Part shown: positions 37,128-46,891 of the stretch, in pieces
Layout of the letters: each line of letters opens with the position of its first letter
Position numbering within the stretch: position 1 is the first letter of the stretch
IMG/VR virus record: IMGVR_UViG_3300028840_008185
Location: 62,001-126,000 of that record
DNA length: 64,000 bases
Strand: one strand, 5' to 3'
Notes under the pieces: generated by a model
Databases searched by the model: none
Told to the model about the DNA's origin: nothing
The model's input: the letters and a program-made list of their open reading frames with translations, nothing else
Position numbers and translations under genes: made by a program

Positions 37128-38489
37128 CTAACCAGTTGAAACTGTTTCTTTTGGCCTGCCGTTGCCCCTTTTTCTTCTTTTGAGTCTCCTCGCTGTTTTG
37201 CTTACCAGTTGTGGGCCATCTGGGCTTACGGGCTCATCACCCTCCTCTTCATTGCACACACCAGCCATCGTCTTCATGTGCTCCACAACCTCTTTCAATT
37301 CCTCAAACTTACCCTCGGTAATCGCCTCCTTGATTTCACCATACTGTCTAACAGTAATCTGGAGAGCCACTTCTCTCAAATAAGCAGGCGTCATACCTTC
37401 AGTAATTTCAGCAACTTCATCAAGATAAGCATTGGCCAGGCGCATCTCGAAAGAATCAAGGTAGGCTTTGACTATCGCTCTGCGCTGTTCAACATTGGGA
37501 AAATCAAACATGATGATCTCATCGAATCTTCCAGGGCGCCTCATCGGCTCGGGCAACTCGCCCAGATGATTCACGGCGCCCATGATTACTACGTTGCCAC
37601 TTCCCTTATATCTGTTGAGCGCTTCGACAGTGCCCAGCAGCATATCTAATCCCTGCTCTCCAATCCTATCCATATCATCAAACAAAACGACGCTCGGAGA
37701 AAGAGCCCTAAAGATCTTCTCCAAGGGAAGAGAATACTCCGACGCAAAGTTGAGAGCAGGAGCATCTATCACTATAAGCTGGCCATCGAGCATACTGGCT
37801 ATTTTAGCGGCCAGAGTCGTCTTTCCACAACCGGGCGGACCAAAAAGTAGGGAAGATCGATTGAGATTCATCTTCTGGAACCTCTTGATATTATCGAAGA
37901 ACTTTCCCTCATCGAAAGTAGAAACGTATGTATCCAGCGGAATCTCTATCTCTCTAATGCGGATGAATGTGTTCCAACCCTCTATGCCCATAACAACCGA
38001 GATGTTTTGGCCCATGTTTTCTCGAACGACTTTCGAGAAGGCATCAATAAACTTATCCTCGTCCTCTGCCCACATCCCTTCTAAAGACCCATTTTCAATA
38101 GCAAAATAGGCATCACAACCAGGCAACTCATAAAGAACAGTTCTAATATCACTGCCCTCTTCTTTCTTAACGAAAGGAGTGGAGTAAGGATAGTCAATCT
38201 CTTGTAGAGCATAATAAACAAGGCGTTCCATCCTATAAAGGATGGGCTTCAGACCAGTATCGCGCAGTCTGGACAAAAGATCCTTCTCCTCTTTTTCAAA
38301 GATCTTTTCAAGAGCATCGTAAGTGCTGGCCAAACTCATGCCCGCATATATAAGATCCTTCTTCTTGATGGCCAAATATATCTCAAAGCCAGCTCTACCA
38401 ACGGCTATGGCCTTTCTGATCTTCTCCTTGATCTTTCTCTTGTCGCGCCTATATTCTATTGTCGATTCTTTGTCGCGCTCAAACATCAT
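37128..38489 (-). CDS. Classic-clade AAA ATPase
   Basis: GPPGCGKT, VLFDDMD, second region of homology VNHLGELPEPMRRPGRFD. Confidence 0.9.
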   Translation of the reverse strand: MMFERDKESTIEYRRDKRKIKEKIRKAIAVGRAGFEIYLAIKKKDLIYAGMSLASTYDALEKIFEKEEKDLLSRLRDTGLKPILYRMERLVYYALQEIDYPYSTPFVKKEEGSDIRTVLYELPGCDAYFAIENGSLEGMWAEDEDKFIDAFSKVVRENMGQNISVVMGIEGWNTFIRIREIEIPLDTYVSTFDEGKFFDNIKRFQKMNLNRSSLLFGPPGCGKTTLAAKIASMLDGQLIVIDAPALNFASEYSLPLEKIFRALSPSVVLFDDMDRIGEQGLDMLLGTVEALNRYKGSGNVVIMGAVNHLGELPEPMRRPGRFDEIIMFDFPNVEQRRAIVKAYLDSFEMRLANAYLDEVAEITEGMTPAYLREVALQITVRQYGEIKEAITEGKFEELKEVVEHMKTMAGVCNEEEGDEPVSPDGPQLVSKTARRLKRRKRGNGRPKETVSTG

Positions 38490-39394
38490 ACCACCAGACC
38501 TTTTCTCTTCAAGTAATCTCGTGGGATTTCTGGGGGCGGCTCAGCCTTATGACGAGTGGCTTTCTCCATTTTCCTCATGGCCCTAACAACTTTACACTGC
38601 TCTTCCGTATAGCCGAACTCCTCGGGGTCAGTATCTTCCGCCAAACCCCGAATCAAGCCAAAATCTTCATCCTCTCTGCTGCACCACTCAATAGTTCCCA
38701 TCTCTTCTTGACCTGGGCGAGTGTAAGTTAGTGGAACTCCACAGAGATCTTCTAACTCTTCTTCGTCGTTGTGTTCCTCACCAACTCCCCAAAGATCTGG
38801 AGTAGGAACGGCATTGATGATCTCCTCTGGGACGCCCAGATGTTCCGCCAATTCCCATACTTCGCTCTTAAACAAGGAACCAATCCAATTAGAATCGACT
38901 TCTCCATCGCCTCCCTTTTGGTAAAACCGAACATACTGATCTTCATCCCTGTTTCCTGTTCCTTGTCTAATCCCTCCGCCAAACAACCTATTCACGAAGC
39001 GCCCAACGGGCGCCCTGATACAACTTCTAAAGCTGCCGTAAGTTGTTGGGTTCTCATTTTCATCAGGCCAAGGGAGCCCAAGACGCTCAAACTCTCGCCT
39101 AATTTGGGCACGAACCGTAAAGAACACGGGAGCCAGGTGTAGCTCTATGAAATTGAATCCAAAAGTCTTAGCAACCAATCTGGCTCGTCTAAGAGACTCG
39201 GGGGAAGAATTAACATCGCTATAAACCCCGATTACATTTTCGGAGCCAAAAGCCCTACAAGCCAGAGCAGCCACAACGGCACTATCAACGCCACCAGAAA
39301 TATCAATCTCAGCTTTGTCTGTATGAGCTTCGTTGGCCTGCTTTCTCATATACCAAACTATCTCTTCAACGAGCTTTTCGTAATCAAGAATCAT
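38486..39394 (-). CDS. nadE: NH3-dependent NAD+ synthetase
   Basis: ISGGVDSAV, GTGNRDE, KGGDG, LFKSEV, PTPDL; no glutaminase domain. Confidence 0.93.
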   Translation of the reverse strand: MILDYEKLVEEIVWYMRKQANEAHTDKAEIDISGGVDSAVVAALACRAFGSENVIGVYSDVNSSPESLRRARLVAKTFGFNFIELHLAPVFFTVRAQIRREFERLGLPWPDENENPTTYGSFRSCIRAPVGRFVNRLFGGGIRQGTGNRDEDQYVRFYQKGGDGEVDSNWIGSLFKSEVWELAEHLGVPEEIINAVPTPDLWGVGEEHNDEEELEDLCGVPLTYTRPGQEEMGTIEWCSREDEDFGLIRGLAEDTDPEEFGYTEEQCKVVRAMRKMEKATRHKAEPPPEIPRDYLKRKGLVV

Positions 39395-40027
39395 TTGGAT
39401 CCTCCTTCATGGCTCCATTTACGACAAGAACAATCTGGCCGTCCTCAGTATCCGTACAAGAATCATTAAGGTTGTCTCTAACATGATTATAATAAGTCTG
39501 GCTTATGTTCTTTTCCAACCAATTCAATATAGCCTCTTTAATCTCATGTTCGGTAAACTTGATGTTGATCATCTTTTCTATTTTCATCCCTCATCTCCCG
39601 CCTTGATCTCTTCATAGAGTTCCTCAAGGAGCTTCTCGGCTTCCTGTAGCTCCTTCTCAACGATCCCCATCATTATGCTTTTCTTGAGCTTATTGTCTCC
39701 CTCGTCCAATTCTTTCAGTTCTTTCAGGAGCTTATCTCTTCTGGCCTTGTGATATGCGAACTGAACAATCTTGGGAGATCTGGCCAGTTTGTTTTGGAAC
39801 TCCACATTGTCTTTATCTTTTGGGTTTATGGGCTTCTCGGCGCGAGAAAGTCTGTCCGCTTCTCTGCCGATTCTTAAGAGAACGATAAGCCGATGATCGG
39901 AGGCATCCTTGTGCCTATTCCCCGTGGCAGTTTTACCACCCTTGGGCTTAACCAGCTCGCCGTAGGTCTTGGCTCCAGGCAGTATTGGATGTCCCTTTTC
40001 GTCGCGCTTTATTTTTTTGCTCGGCAT
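39384..40027 (-). CDS. Two hypothetical proteins (39384-39587, 39584-40027)
   Basis: Coupled ORFs. Confidence 0.5.
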
Positions 40028-40036
40028 GTTTCTCCT

Positions 40037-40803
40037 TTATATGCCCCAAACAAGCTGGCCACATTTGCTACAAATACAAGCCATACGGATTATCTTTCCA
40101 GGCGCTCCGCACTCTTTACAGCGGTCTTCTCTATTATTAGATAGTTTCACTCCGTTTGCCAAAACAAACGGAATTATCGTCTTATCATTGCAGAATGAGA
40201 AGTCATCCTTGTGTACCGAAATAACTAACGGATCTTCGTCAGTATATTCAAGTCTAGTCACTACATCTAAATAGTTTGAATCGTATTGATTAAAATCCAC
40301 AGATAGAACGTCTAAAACCCTATTTTCCCAAGTCACCCACTTTATCAGAAACTTGTTGGGGAGTGGATGCTTGGCCATCTCTTTACACCACAACACAAAA
40401 GCCTCGCTCATCTTCACCTTGCTGCCAACTGCGAACATTATATCCCCCAAATCAAGCTGCCGCAACTTGGGCACATACAACACATTCCTTTCACCTCCCC
40501 CATGGCCCCACAATTTCCACAAACATCATCCTCGCTTGATTCGTTTCTGGTTGGGCTATAGCCTTCTGCCTCTACTAATTCAAAAACGGCAAACCCATCG
40601 CGCTGGCCATCCTTGTCGATTATGATCTTTCGCAAATAACCTTCCCCGGTAAAATACACAACATAGGAGGGGCCGTTATGGCTAATGCCGTCAAGAGTAA
40701 CCTTCATTACTTCTAGTTTTCTACCTTTAATGTTTTCAAAATTGGAGTCGTGTCTTATGTATTCTTCAGTCATTCTCACGACATCACCCGTTTTGGGGAC
40801 CAT
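40037..40803 (-). CDS. Tandem paralogs with C-terminal Zn ribbon (40037-40438, 40438-40803)
   Basis: Both end CxxCG...CxCxxCGxLxWGI. Confidence 0.7.
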
Positions 40804-41913
40804 TTATTCCTCCTCTTCGGGCTCATAAATGATGGGTTGGTTTGAGAAACAACCCCTGTCTAACTGCGCTCTTTCACAAAGTTCCCCAGCATCAAGCTCA
40901 TGCATAGCATTAACGCCAGGCGGAACAAGACCATCCTTAATCATCGTAGCCACGGCGCCCACCACATATCCAGTTGCCTGGGCCATAGCTGGAAGATCAT
41001 ATTCGTAATCATACTCAAAAAAGTATCTCTCAATTATCTCATCGCCATCTTCGTAATCTATGTGGAAACATAGGGTAACCACGTCCGGATTGTCCGCATT
41101 AATTTCCGGCAAAACGCTGTCCAACACGTAGACTGGATCCTGTTGATTGAGAATATGGTTTTGGACGAACTCCCAATGACCTGGGAAACGTAATGTCTTA
41201 TAGGCAAGGTTCTGGATATTGAGTCCATAAGGCAGTATTGATAAACCACCTGACGTGCGACGGGCTCTGAGTAGTCCCAAGCCTGGGACAAACACATCTT
41301 CTTCACCTGAGAGGGCCGGATAATTACGGACTTCTCCATTCACAATCTCCCTTGCTATGCCCAGATATTCTTTAATCATGCCGCCGGTATAGAAAGTTTT
41401 ACCGTGATAATGCGGAGCTTCTGGATATTTCACAAGCCCAGCACAATAAATCCTAATACCAATCACGCCGTCGTCTTTAGCTATGTCGGCAGCCATAGGA
41501 GAAATAATACCTGGGGCTAGGCCAGCCTCAAGAACGTTTATGGAGCCAACTTTCGCTGCCTTATCATGTAGTTCCGACTGCTTCAAAGCGACCTCAGTGC
41601 TTCCACCCAGGTCGATGAAATGATGAACATATCCCTTAGCCGATTCATCCAAGCAATACTTCATAATTCTCAGGTTTTCCTCTGTAGGCAAGCAGCTAAT
41701 AACAATGAGTTGCTCTTCTTCTTTTGTCTTGGGCATAAAGGAATAGGAAAAGCCATTCTCTTTGTGCTCCAACCTATCGCCACACATTTCTACTATGTGC
41801 TCAGGCGGCGGCTTTGGATCCAATACAACCATCTTATCTTTAGTTTCCTCGTAAAGATATTTGGTTATGGCTTGGCCCTGGATTCCAGAACCTCCAAGTA
41901 TTACGAATTCCAT
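40804..41913 (-). CDS. Saccharopine dehydrogenase-family oxidoreductase
   Basis: Rossmann ILGGSGIQG, FIDLGG, AGLAPG, YKTLRFPGH. Confidence 0.85.
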   Translation of the reverse strand: MEFVILGGSGIQGQAITKYLYEETKDKMVVLDPKPPPEHIVEMCGDRLEHKENGFSYSFMPKTKEEEQLIVISCLPTEENLRIMKYCLDESAKGYVHHFIDLGGSTEVALKQSELHDKAAKVGSINVLEAGLAPGIISPMAADIAKDDGVIGIRIYCAGLVKYPEAPHYHGKTFYTGGMIKEYLGIAREIVNGEVRNYPALSGEEDVFVPGLGLLRARRTSGGLSILPYGLNIQNLAYKTLRFPGHWEFVQNHILNQQDPVYVLDSVLPEINADNPDVVTLCFHIDYEDGDEIIERYFFEYDYEYDLPAMAQATGYVVGAVATMIKDGLVPPGVNAMHELDAGELCERAQLDRGCFSNQPIIYEPEEEE

Positions 41914-42046
41914 ATGTTCCTCCTTATGAAATCGTAGACTGTTCCAGCCACGCGGAACGGCCACTCAACATAATCAAATATAGTACATCTCAAATCAAAT
42001 AGCTTTTGATCTAAGGTTCTTTCGGGCTCTTCTTCAGACTCAATCC

Positions 42047-43456
42047 TCACGGCTTTTCTTTTCCAACCAAGCAACGCCATTGTTTTGGATCCTTATCTAA
42101 TTTAGGCTGGGAATACTTTATCCAGAACTCAATGATTTGTTCTGGGGTCATGTCTGCGCTAATCTTATTCTCCAGCAAAAGCCCATCGAGTATCTTTTTA
42201 ATCTCGCCAACCTTCGCCCCAGGTTCAAGATGGAACCTATCCATGATGGCGTTTCCAATGCCCTTGGGCAACCTGGGACGCGCATCCTTTTCTCTAATAG
42301 CTTCAAGGGCTTCCTTGAGAAGCCTGCTGTGAGCACCATGTCTCTCTTTGATATTAGGCTTGTTAGAGGTGCAGTCTGCGGAGAAGAGGTCGATTAAGTC
42401 ATCAATGTCGCAGCCTCTTTCATCACAGTCTCTAATCAGCCTCCGCAGCGCATTCTCGCTTACCGGTGGGTCATATCTTCTGCTCACTACATCGCCTACT
42501 CTTTGGTGCAAGGCCACAAGACCCTTAATAGAACGCCGAAGCTTGTTAGACATTCTATATCTTCTGGCTATACCTTCCACCATCTCAGCACCAAGATATT
42601 CGTGCTGCCAGAAATGAACTTCGTTAACATCCTCAAACCTGGTGTAGGGCTTGCCGATGTCGTGTAGAATAGCAGCCCATCTAAGGGCCAGCCTTGCGGG
42701 CGTTCCAGCGGTCACAAGCATCGTGTGCCGGGATAGGTTTTTACTCGCAACTTTGGCCTGAGGATCATTAAGCGTCATCGCATACACTTCAGGCAGCAAG
42801 TATCCAAGCAGTCGTGAGGCATAAAGAAGAGCAAATCCCTTGTTGATGTTGCCCAGCAGAAGCTTGCTCATCTCATCAAACCACCTCTCCCTGCTTACGG
42901 TCATAATGGCTTGAGCATATTCCTTAATGGCACTCAAAGTTCTATCTTCCATGTCAAAATCAAGCTGGGAGCAGAACCTCACTGCCCGTAGCATCCTCAA
43001 CGGGTCTTCACCAAACCTTGCTTTGGGAGAGCCCGTAGCTTTGACCAATCTTCTGCCGATGTCTTTGAGGCCACCAAAGGGATCAACAACTTTGCCCTTG
43101 GCGTCCATGGCCATTGAATTAATTGTGAAGTCTCTTCTCGCCAGGTCTTCTTCCAGATTGTCCGTGAAGACCACATCGGGGTGACGCCCAGGCGTCATGT
43201 CTTTGCGATGAGTGGTGATTTCCACATCCATCCCATCAAATTTGGCCGCAATCGTGCCGAATTTCTCGCCTAAAGGCCAGTGTTTATATCCTGCTTTATC
43301 AAGTATCTCTTTGGTTTGTGGTGGTCTTGCGTCTGTTGTGAAGTCATAATCCTTGGGCTCTCTCCCAAGCATGATGTCTCTTACAGAACCACCAACATGG
43401 TAGAGTTTATATCCACCATCCTCAAACGCTTGGAATAACTTTTCGAACATTATCAT
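42047..43456 (-). CDS. cca: CCA tRNA nucleotidyltransferase with HD domain
   Basis: VGGSVRD, DYDFTT, DLARRDFTINSMA, EDPLRMLRAVRF, LHDIGK. Confidence 0.92.
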   Translation of the reverse strand: MIMFEKLFQAFEDGGYKLYHVGGSVRDIMLGREPKDYDFTTDARPPQTKEILDKAGYKHWPLGEKFGTIAAKFDGMDVEITTHRKDMTPGRHPDVVFTDNLEEDLARRDFTINSMAMDAKGKVVDPFGGLKDIGRRLVKATGSPKARFGEDPLRMLRAVRFCSQLDFDMEDRTLSAIKEYAQAIMTVSRERWFDEMSKLLLGNINKGFALLYASRLLGYLLPEVYAMTLNDPQAKVASKNLSRHTMLVTAGTPARLALRWAAILHDIGKPYTRFEDVNEVHFWQHEYLGAEMVEGIARRYRMSNKLRRSIKGLVALHQRVGDVVSRRYDPPVSENALRRLIRDCDERGCDIDDLIDLFSADCTSNKPNIKERHGAHSRLLKEALEAIREKDARPRLPKGIGNAIMDRFHLEPGAKVGEIKKILDGLLLENKISADMTPEQIIEFWIKYSQPKLDKDPKQWRCLVGKEKP

Positions 43457-43598
43457 TTTCTAAACCTACCTTTAACCTTTTCTTCCCATCTGACCAATCT
43501 CGTTTGCAGCTTGTCGATAGGCTTTTCCAGTAATGGACTGAGAAGTATGGCGGCGATTATCCCGCCCAGGAGCGCCGCAATGAACGTTGTCGCTTCCA

Positions 43599-43797
43599 TC
43601 ACTGTTCCTTTTTCTTCTTCTTTTCTATTCTCCCAAACTTTCTGCCCAGAGTGAAGTTCCAGATTTGCTTATAGAAAATTCCCCATACAACACCCACCAC
43701 GACCAAAACATACGTTCCAGTAGGGCCCATATATCCCATGGGGAAAGATAGAGCGAGCACACACAAAACACCCAAAGCAAAGGCACCAAGATCTCTC
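43599..43797 (-). CDS. 2-TM small protein
   Basis: MRDLGAF start behind AAGGAG. Confidence 0.55.
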
Positions 43798-43812
43798 ATC
43801 TTCTTCTCCTTT

Positions 43813-43848
43813 AAAAAACCCTGGCCCCATATTTCAGGGGCCAGGGTT
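43813..43848 (-). terminator. Intrinsic terminator
   Basis: AACCCTGGCCCC-N8-GGGGCCAGGGTT plus U-run. Confidence 0.9.
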
Positions 43849-43857
43849 GCGGGCTTT

Positions 43858-43995
43858 CTACTGCCCGTTTCTCCTGCGAGTCTCCCACGCCTTGCGAGCA
43901 CGCTCGCGCAGCTTACGGGTGCGAGCAGCCTTGCGGGCACGGCGAGTCCGCCACGCCTTATGGGCACGCTCACTAAGCTCTCTCTTAGTCGCCAT
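43858..43995 (-). CDS. 45-aa Arg/Lys-rich protamine-like protein
   Basis: Hand translation MATKRELSERAHKAWRTRRARKAARTRKLRERARKAWETRRRNGQ; AAGGAGG RBS; own terminator. Confidence 0.8.
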   Translation of the reverse strand: MATKRELSERAHKAWRTRRARKAARTRKLRERARKAWETRRRNGQ

Positions 43996-44066
43996 GTTTT
44001 CCTCCTTAAATGGCCATTTGGAGTAAGGACGAATTGAATATCATCATCCAAAACGCCAGTCTGTAA

Positions 44067-44490
44067 TTACCACCACAAACTACCTCTCAGTTCTATGATT
44101 CTCTCTCTTATTAGTCTTCTATATTCCACGGCATCGAGCCCCTTAACAATAACATCTTCCACTATCTTATGGAAAAAGTTGGCGTAGGATATGTTGCCTA
44201 CCCGCATCTTGCTTGCGAAAAGATCATACATATCATGCCATATATCGTTCTTGAAGCCGCTGCCCCTATATGTTCTGGTTGGTTTAATTTCCATCTACCC
44301 GATCCTTAAGGATTTTACACTGGCACCAAAAATCTACAAACAAGAAATCCTCAAGGACATCGTAAGCGGGCCACTTGCCAGCAAATATATCACTGGCGAC
44401 ATGCCCCCAGAACATACAATACGGATAGAAAGTTCTATCTATTCTTTCATTACCTTCCACGCCCTTGATGTTCCTCTTTTCAATCTGCAC
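44067..44490 (-). CDS. Two microproteins (MEIKP 44067-44294; MQIEK 44284-44490)
   Basis: 11-nt overlap ATGGAAATTAA. Confidence 0.55.
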
Positions 44491-44621
44491 GCAAAACCTC
44501 CCACAAAATTCCAGAAATCGTTTGGGATTCTACGCGAATATCAGATATGAAATAGGCAAGATCGACCATCGGCCAAAAGTAATCAGGTGGCGCTTTAAAC
44601 ACCTTGTTCAGCACCCTTACA

Positions 44622-45542
44622 TCAACCCACATAGCCCTGCCTGAAATGGTCAAAAGCATCCACCGCCGTAGAAAGCCACTCTTCTTTCAAGCAGATTTCA
44701 TCGCACAGCATCATTTTCTTATAGCCAATATCATACAGCCACGCAAGCTGTAGGAAGTCGGCACAAGAGGGAACGGGGGCATCAACGATGGAAAGCAACA
44801 TCCTCGAACCCACAAGAGCTTTGGGATCTCGCTCGATGATTAGCTTGAGAGCCTTGGTAATCTCATGTGGCTTCTCAACCTCCACATACATATCACCAAG
44901 AGCAGCAACCAGACGCAACCCTTCTTGATCACGATACTCTCTGGCTACATACTCCAAGCCTTTCTGGTTCTCAATCTTGGCGATAATCAAAGAATCTTTG
45001 CCTACAAACTCCCTGAACTCATCAATATCCCGTTGGCTTTCCACATACGAGAGAAAGAACTTGTTGAATCCAGCCTTCCTGGCTTTCTCAATCTTCTCAA
45101 TCTCAAAGGGCAGAAAAGTCGGGCCAAGAACTTCCAGGCTTGGATCTCTAATGTGCAGAGATTCACCCTCATATACCATGTATTCTGGCCCGCTCTCGAA
45201 GACCAGATGGGTTCCGTCCCTCACCTCTTTCAACAGGCAGCAATCTTCGCCCGCCTTGAAAAGAACCATGGTGGGAGTCTTCACCTTGATGGGGTGGTTA
45301 AGCTTGAGTTCCAGCCTGTCGGGGAGAATAATTGTCTCAACAATACGAAGTTGCTTGCCTTTAATATCGAAATACAAAGGCACGGAATCTTGAATCTTCC
45401 TAGCAATATCAAGCTCGGTGTCTAACGCTTCTCCCTTAACCATCGCACTATTAAGCCTGATGCCGTTGAGTCGTTTATCAACCACGAATCTCTTGAAGTG
45501 AGAAAAGGTTGGCCACATCGTCACCATTAAATCCAAGCCCAT
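44622..45542 (-). CDS. Truncated pyruvate-kinase-like protein
   Basis: GIRLNS, FDIKGKQLR, IAKIENQKGL, ALGDMYVEV; lacks PK C domain. Confidence 0.75.
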   Translation of the reverse strand: MGLDLMVTMWPTFSHFKRFVVDKRLNGIRLNSAMVKGEALDTELDIARKIQDSVPLYFDIKGKQLRIVETIILPDRLELKLNHPIKVKTPTMVLFKAGEDCCLLKEVRDGTHLVFESGPEYMVYEGESLHIRDPSLEVLGPTFLPFEIEKIEKARKAGFNKFFLSYVESQRDIDEFREFVGKDSLIIAKIENQKGLEYVAREYRDQEGLRLVAALGDMYVEVEKPHEITKALKLIIERDPKALVGSRMLLSIVDAPVPSCADFLQLAWLYDIGYKKMMLCDEICLKEEWLSTAVDAFDHFRQGYVG

Positions 45543-45543
45543 A

Positions 45544-45735
45544 TTATCCTCCAAACAGCTTGTATAAGACATACGCCAGTGGGCCAAATCCAACGGCCAA
45601 TATAATCACGACAAGTAGTTTTTCGACAGTGTGCTGGGCACCGCCGCCACTAGTAGTCATAATCAAGCCCAAGCACCCACAAACCACAGCCCACGCAATA
45701 GAAAAGACAAGGGCTATTGCTAAAATAGCTTCCAT
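45544..45735 (-). CDS. 2-TM small protein
   Basis: Hydrophobic 63 aa ORF. Confidence 0.5.
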   Translation of the reverse strand: MEAILAIALVFSIAWAVVCGCLGLIMTTSGGGAQHTVEKLLVVIILAVGFGPLAYVLYKLFGG

Positions 45736-45747
45736 TAACTTACCTTT

Positions 45748-46728
45748 CTATAGCAACGACTTGGTTTTCTTGCCCTTGGTCTTCTTGTGAAGCTTAGAGG
45801 CAGACTTCAGAAGCTTGCGATCCTCAGGCGGAGAAACCTTATGAATCGTCTTGAGCGATTTCATAACCGTCTCGACCTGATGTGGCTCCTGCCTATCCTT
45901 GATTTCCTCCTTGAAATACTTAATCTTATCGGTTTCTTTGGCCAGAATACCGAAGATTGTATCAACAACTCGGCCAGCTTCAGGCAGGATAGAGATATGG
46001 TCAGCACCAAGAACCTTTTCCCACTGTGAGTAGATGGCCTTATCGATTGGGCTCATGTCGTCAGTTCCAGTGGATCTGTAGGGCTTCCTGATCAGATAGA
46101 CCGAGAATTTTCTCTTAAGCTCCTCAAAAACATCCACAGAATTCATACGCTTCTGCATAGCGGTCTTAGCGAACTTCTCGCCAAGGCTCTTGTTGATTGT
46201 GTCGTAGAACCCTTCGTCACCAATGATGATACAAATCGGGTTAATGGCCTTGGGCATGTGGATGTTTCGGGCACAGTAAAGAGCAGCAATCTCGTAGGTC
46301 TCCTGCTTGGAGCCTCCACCACCACCCTCGATGACAAGCTCCTTGAGCTTCTCTTTGATGTCGGTGTCCTTTGAGAACTCCCTAATCTGGAATGGATAGG
46401 AGTCATTGCACATAGCATCGCCAATGGCTCCCCACGCAATCTCCATATCCTTGCCCAAATACTCTTTGGTTTCGTGCTCAAGATACGGGAGCTTTGAGAA
46501 CATGGTGGCTGGCCATGCACCCATGGAGCCCGTCACATCACAAAGAATAACAAGAGGTGCAGGGCTGTTGGTCGTAATCGAATCAGGAATCAGATCAGTG
46601 CTTCCCTTGTTCGCAGCCTTAGCATCACCATAGCTTCTATTAACATGTCGGTCATAGACCTTGCGGGCATCCGAAAAAGAGGTGTGCCCCTTCCATTTTC
46701 CTGGGTTATAATCAGCAGTTTCAGACAT
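45748..46728 (-). CDS. vWA domain protein
   Basis: CDVTGSM, GAIGD, EGGGG, ETYE, IIGDE. Confidence 0.75.
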   Translation of the reverse strand: MSETADYNPGKWKGHTSFSDARKVYDRHVNRSYGDAKAANKGSTDLIPDSITTNSPAPLVILCDVTGSMGAWPATMFSKLPYLEHETKEYLGKDMEIAWGAIGDAMCNDSYPFQIREFSKDTDIKEKLKELVIEGGGGGSKQETYEIAALYCARNIHMPKAINPICIIIGDEGFYDTINKSLGEKFAKTAMQKRMNSVDVFEELKRKFSVYLIRKPYRSTGTDDMSPIDKAIYSQWEKVLGADHISILPEAGRVVDTIFGILAKETDKIKYFKEEIKDRQEPHQVETVMKSLKTIHKVSPPEDRKLLKSASKLHKKTKGKKTKSLL

Positions 46729-46891
46729 TTTTGTTCTCCTTTTCATGTCTCCAATCATACAAAGTCGAATTCATATCCCAAGCCCAAGGAGCCACAACTT
46801 CCAAATCTCTTAATACTTGAGAGATAGTGGGACTCCAACCTTTAAGCTTGAGCCTAGCTTTAGCTTTACGCATCTCCAATGCTTCTATCAT
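46721..46891 (-). CDS. 56-aa microprotein
   Basis: Hand translation MIEALEM...; overlaps both neighbours. Confidence 0.45.
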   Translation of the reverse strand: MIEALEMRKAKARLKLKGWSPTISQVLRDLEVVAPWAWDMNSTLYDWRHEKENKNV

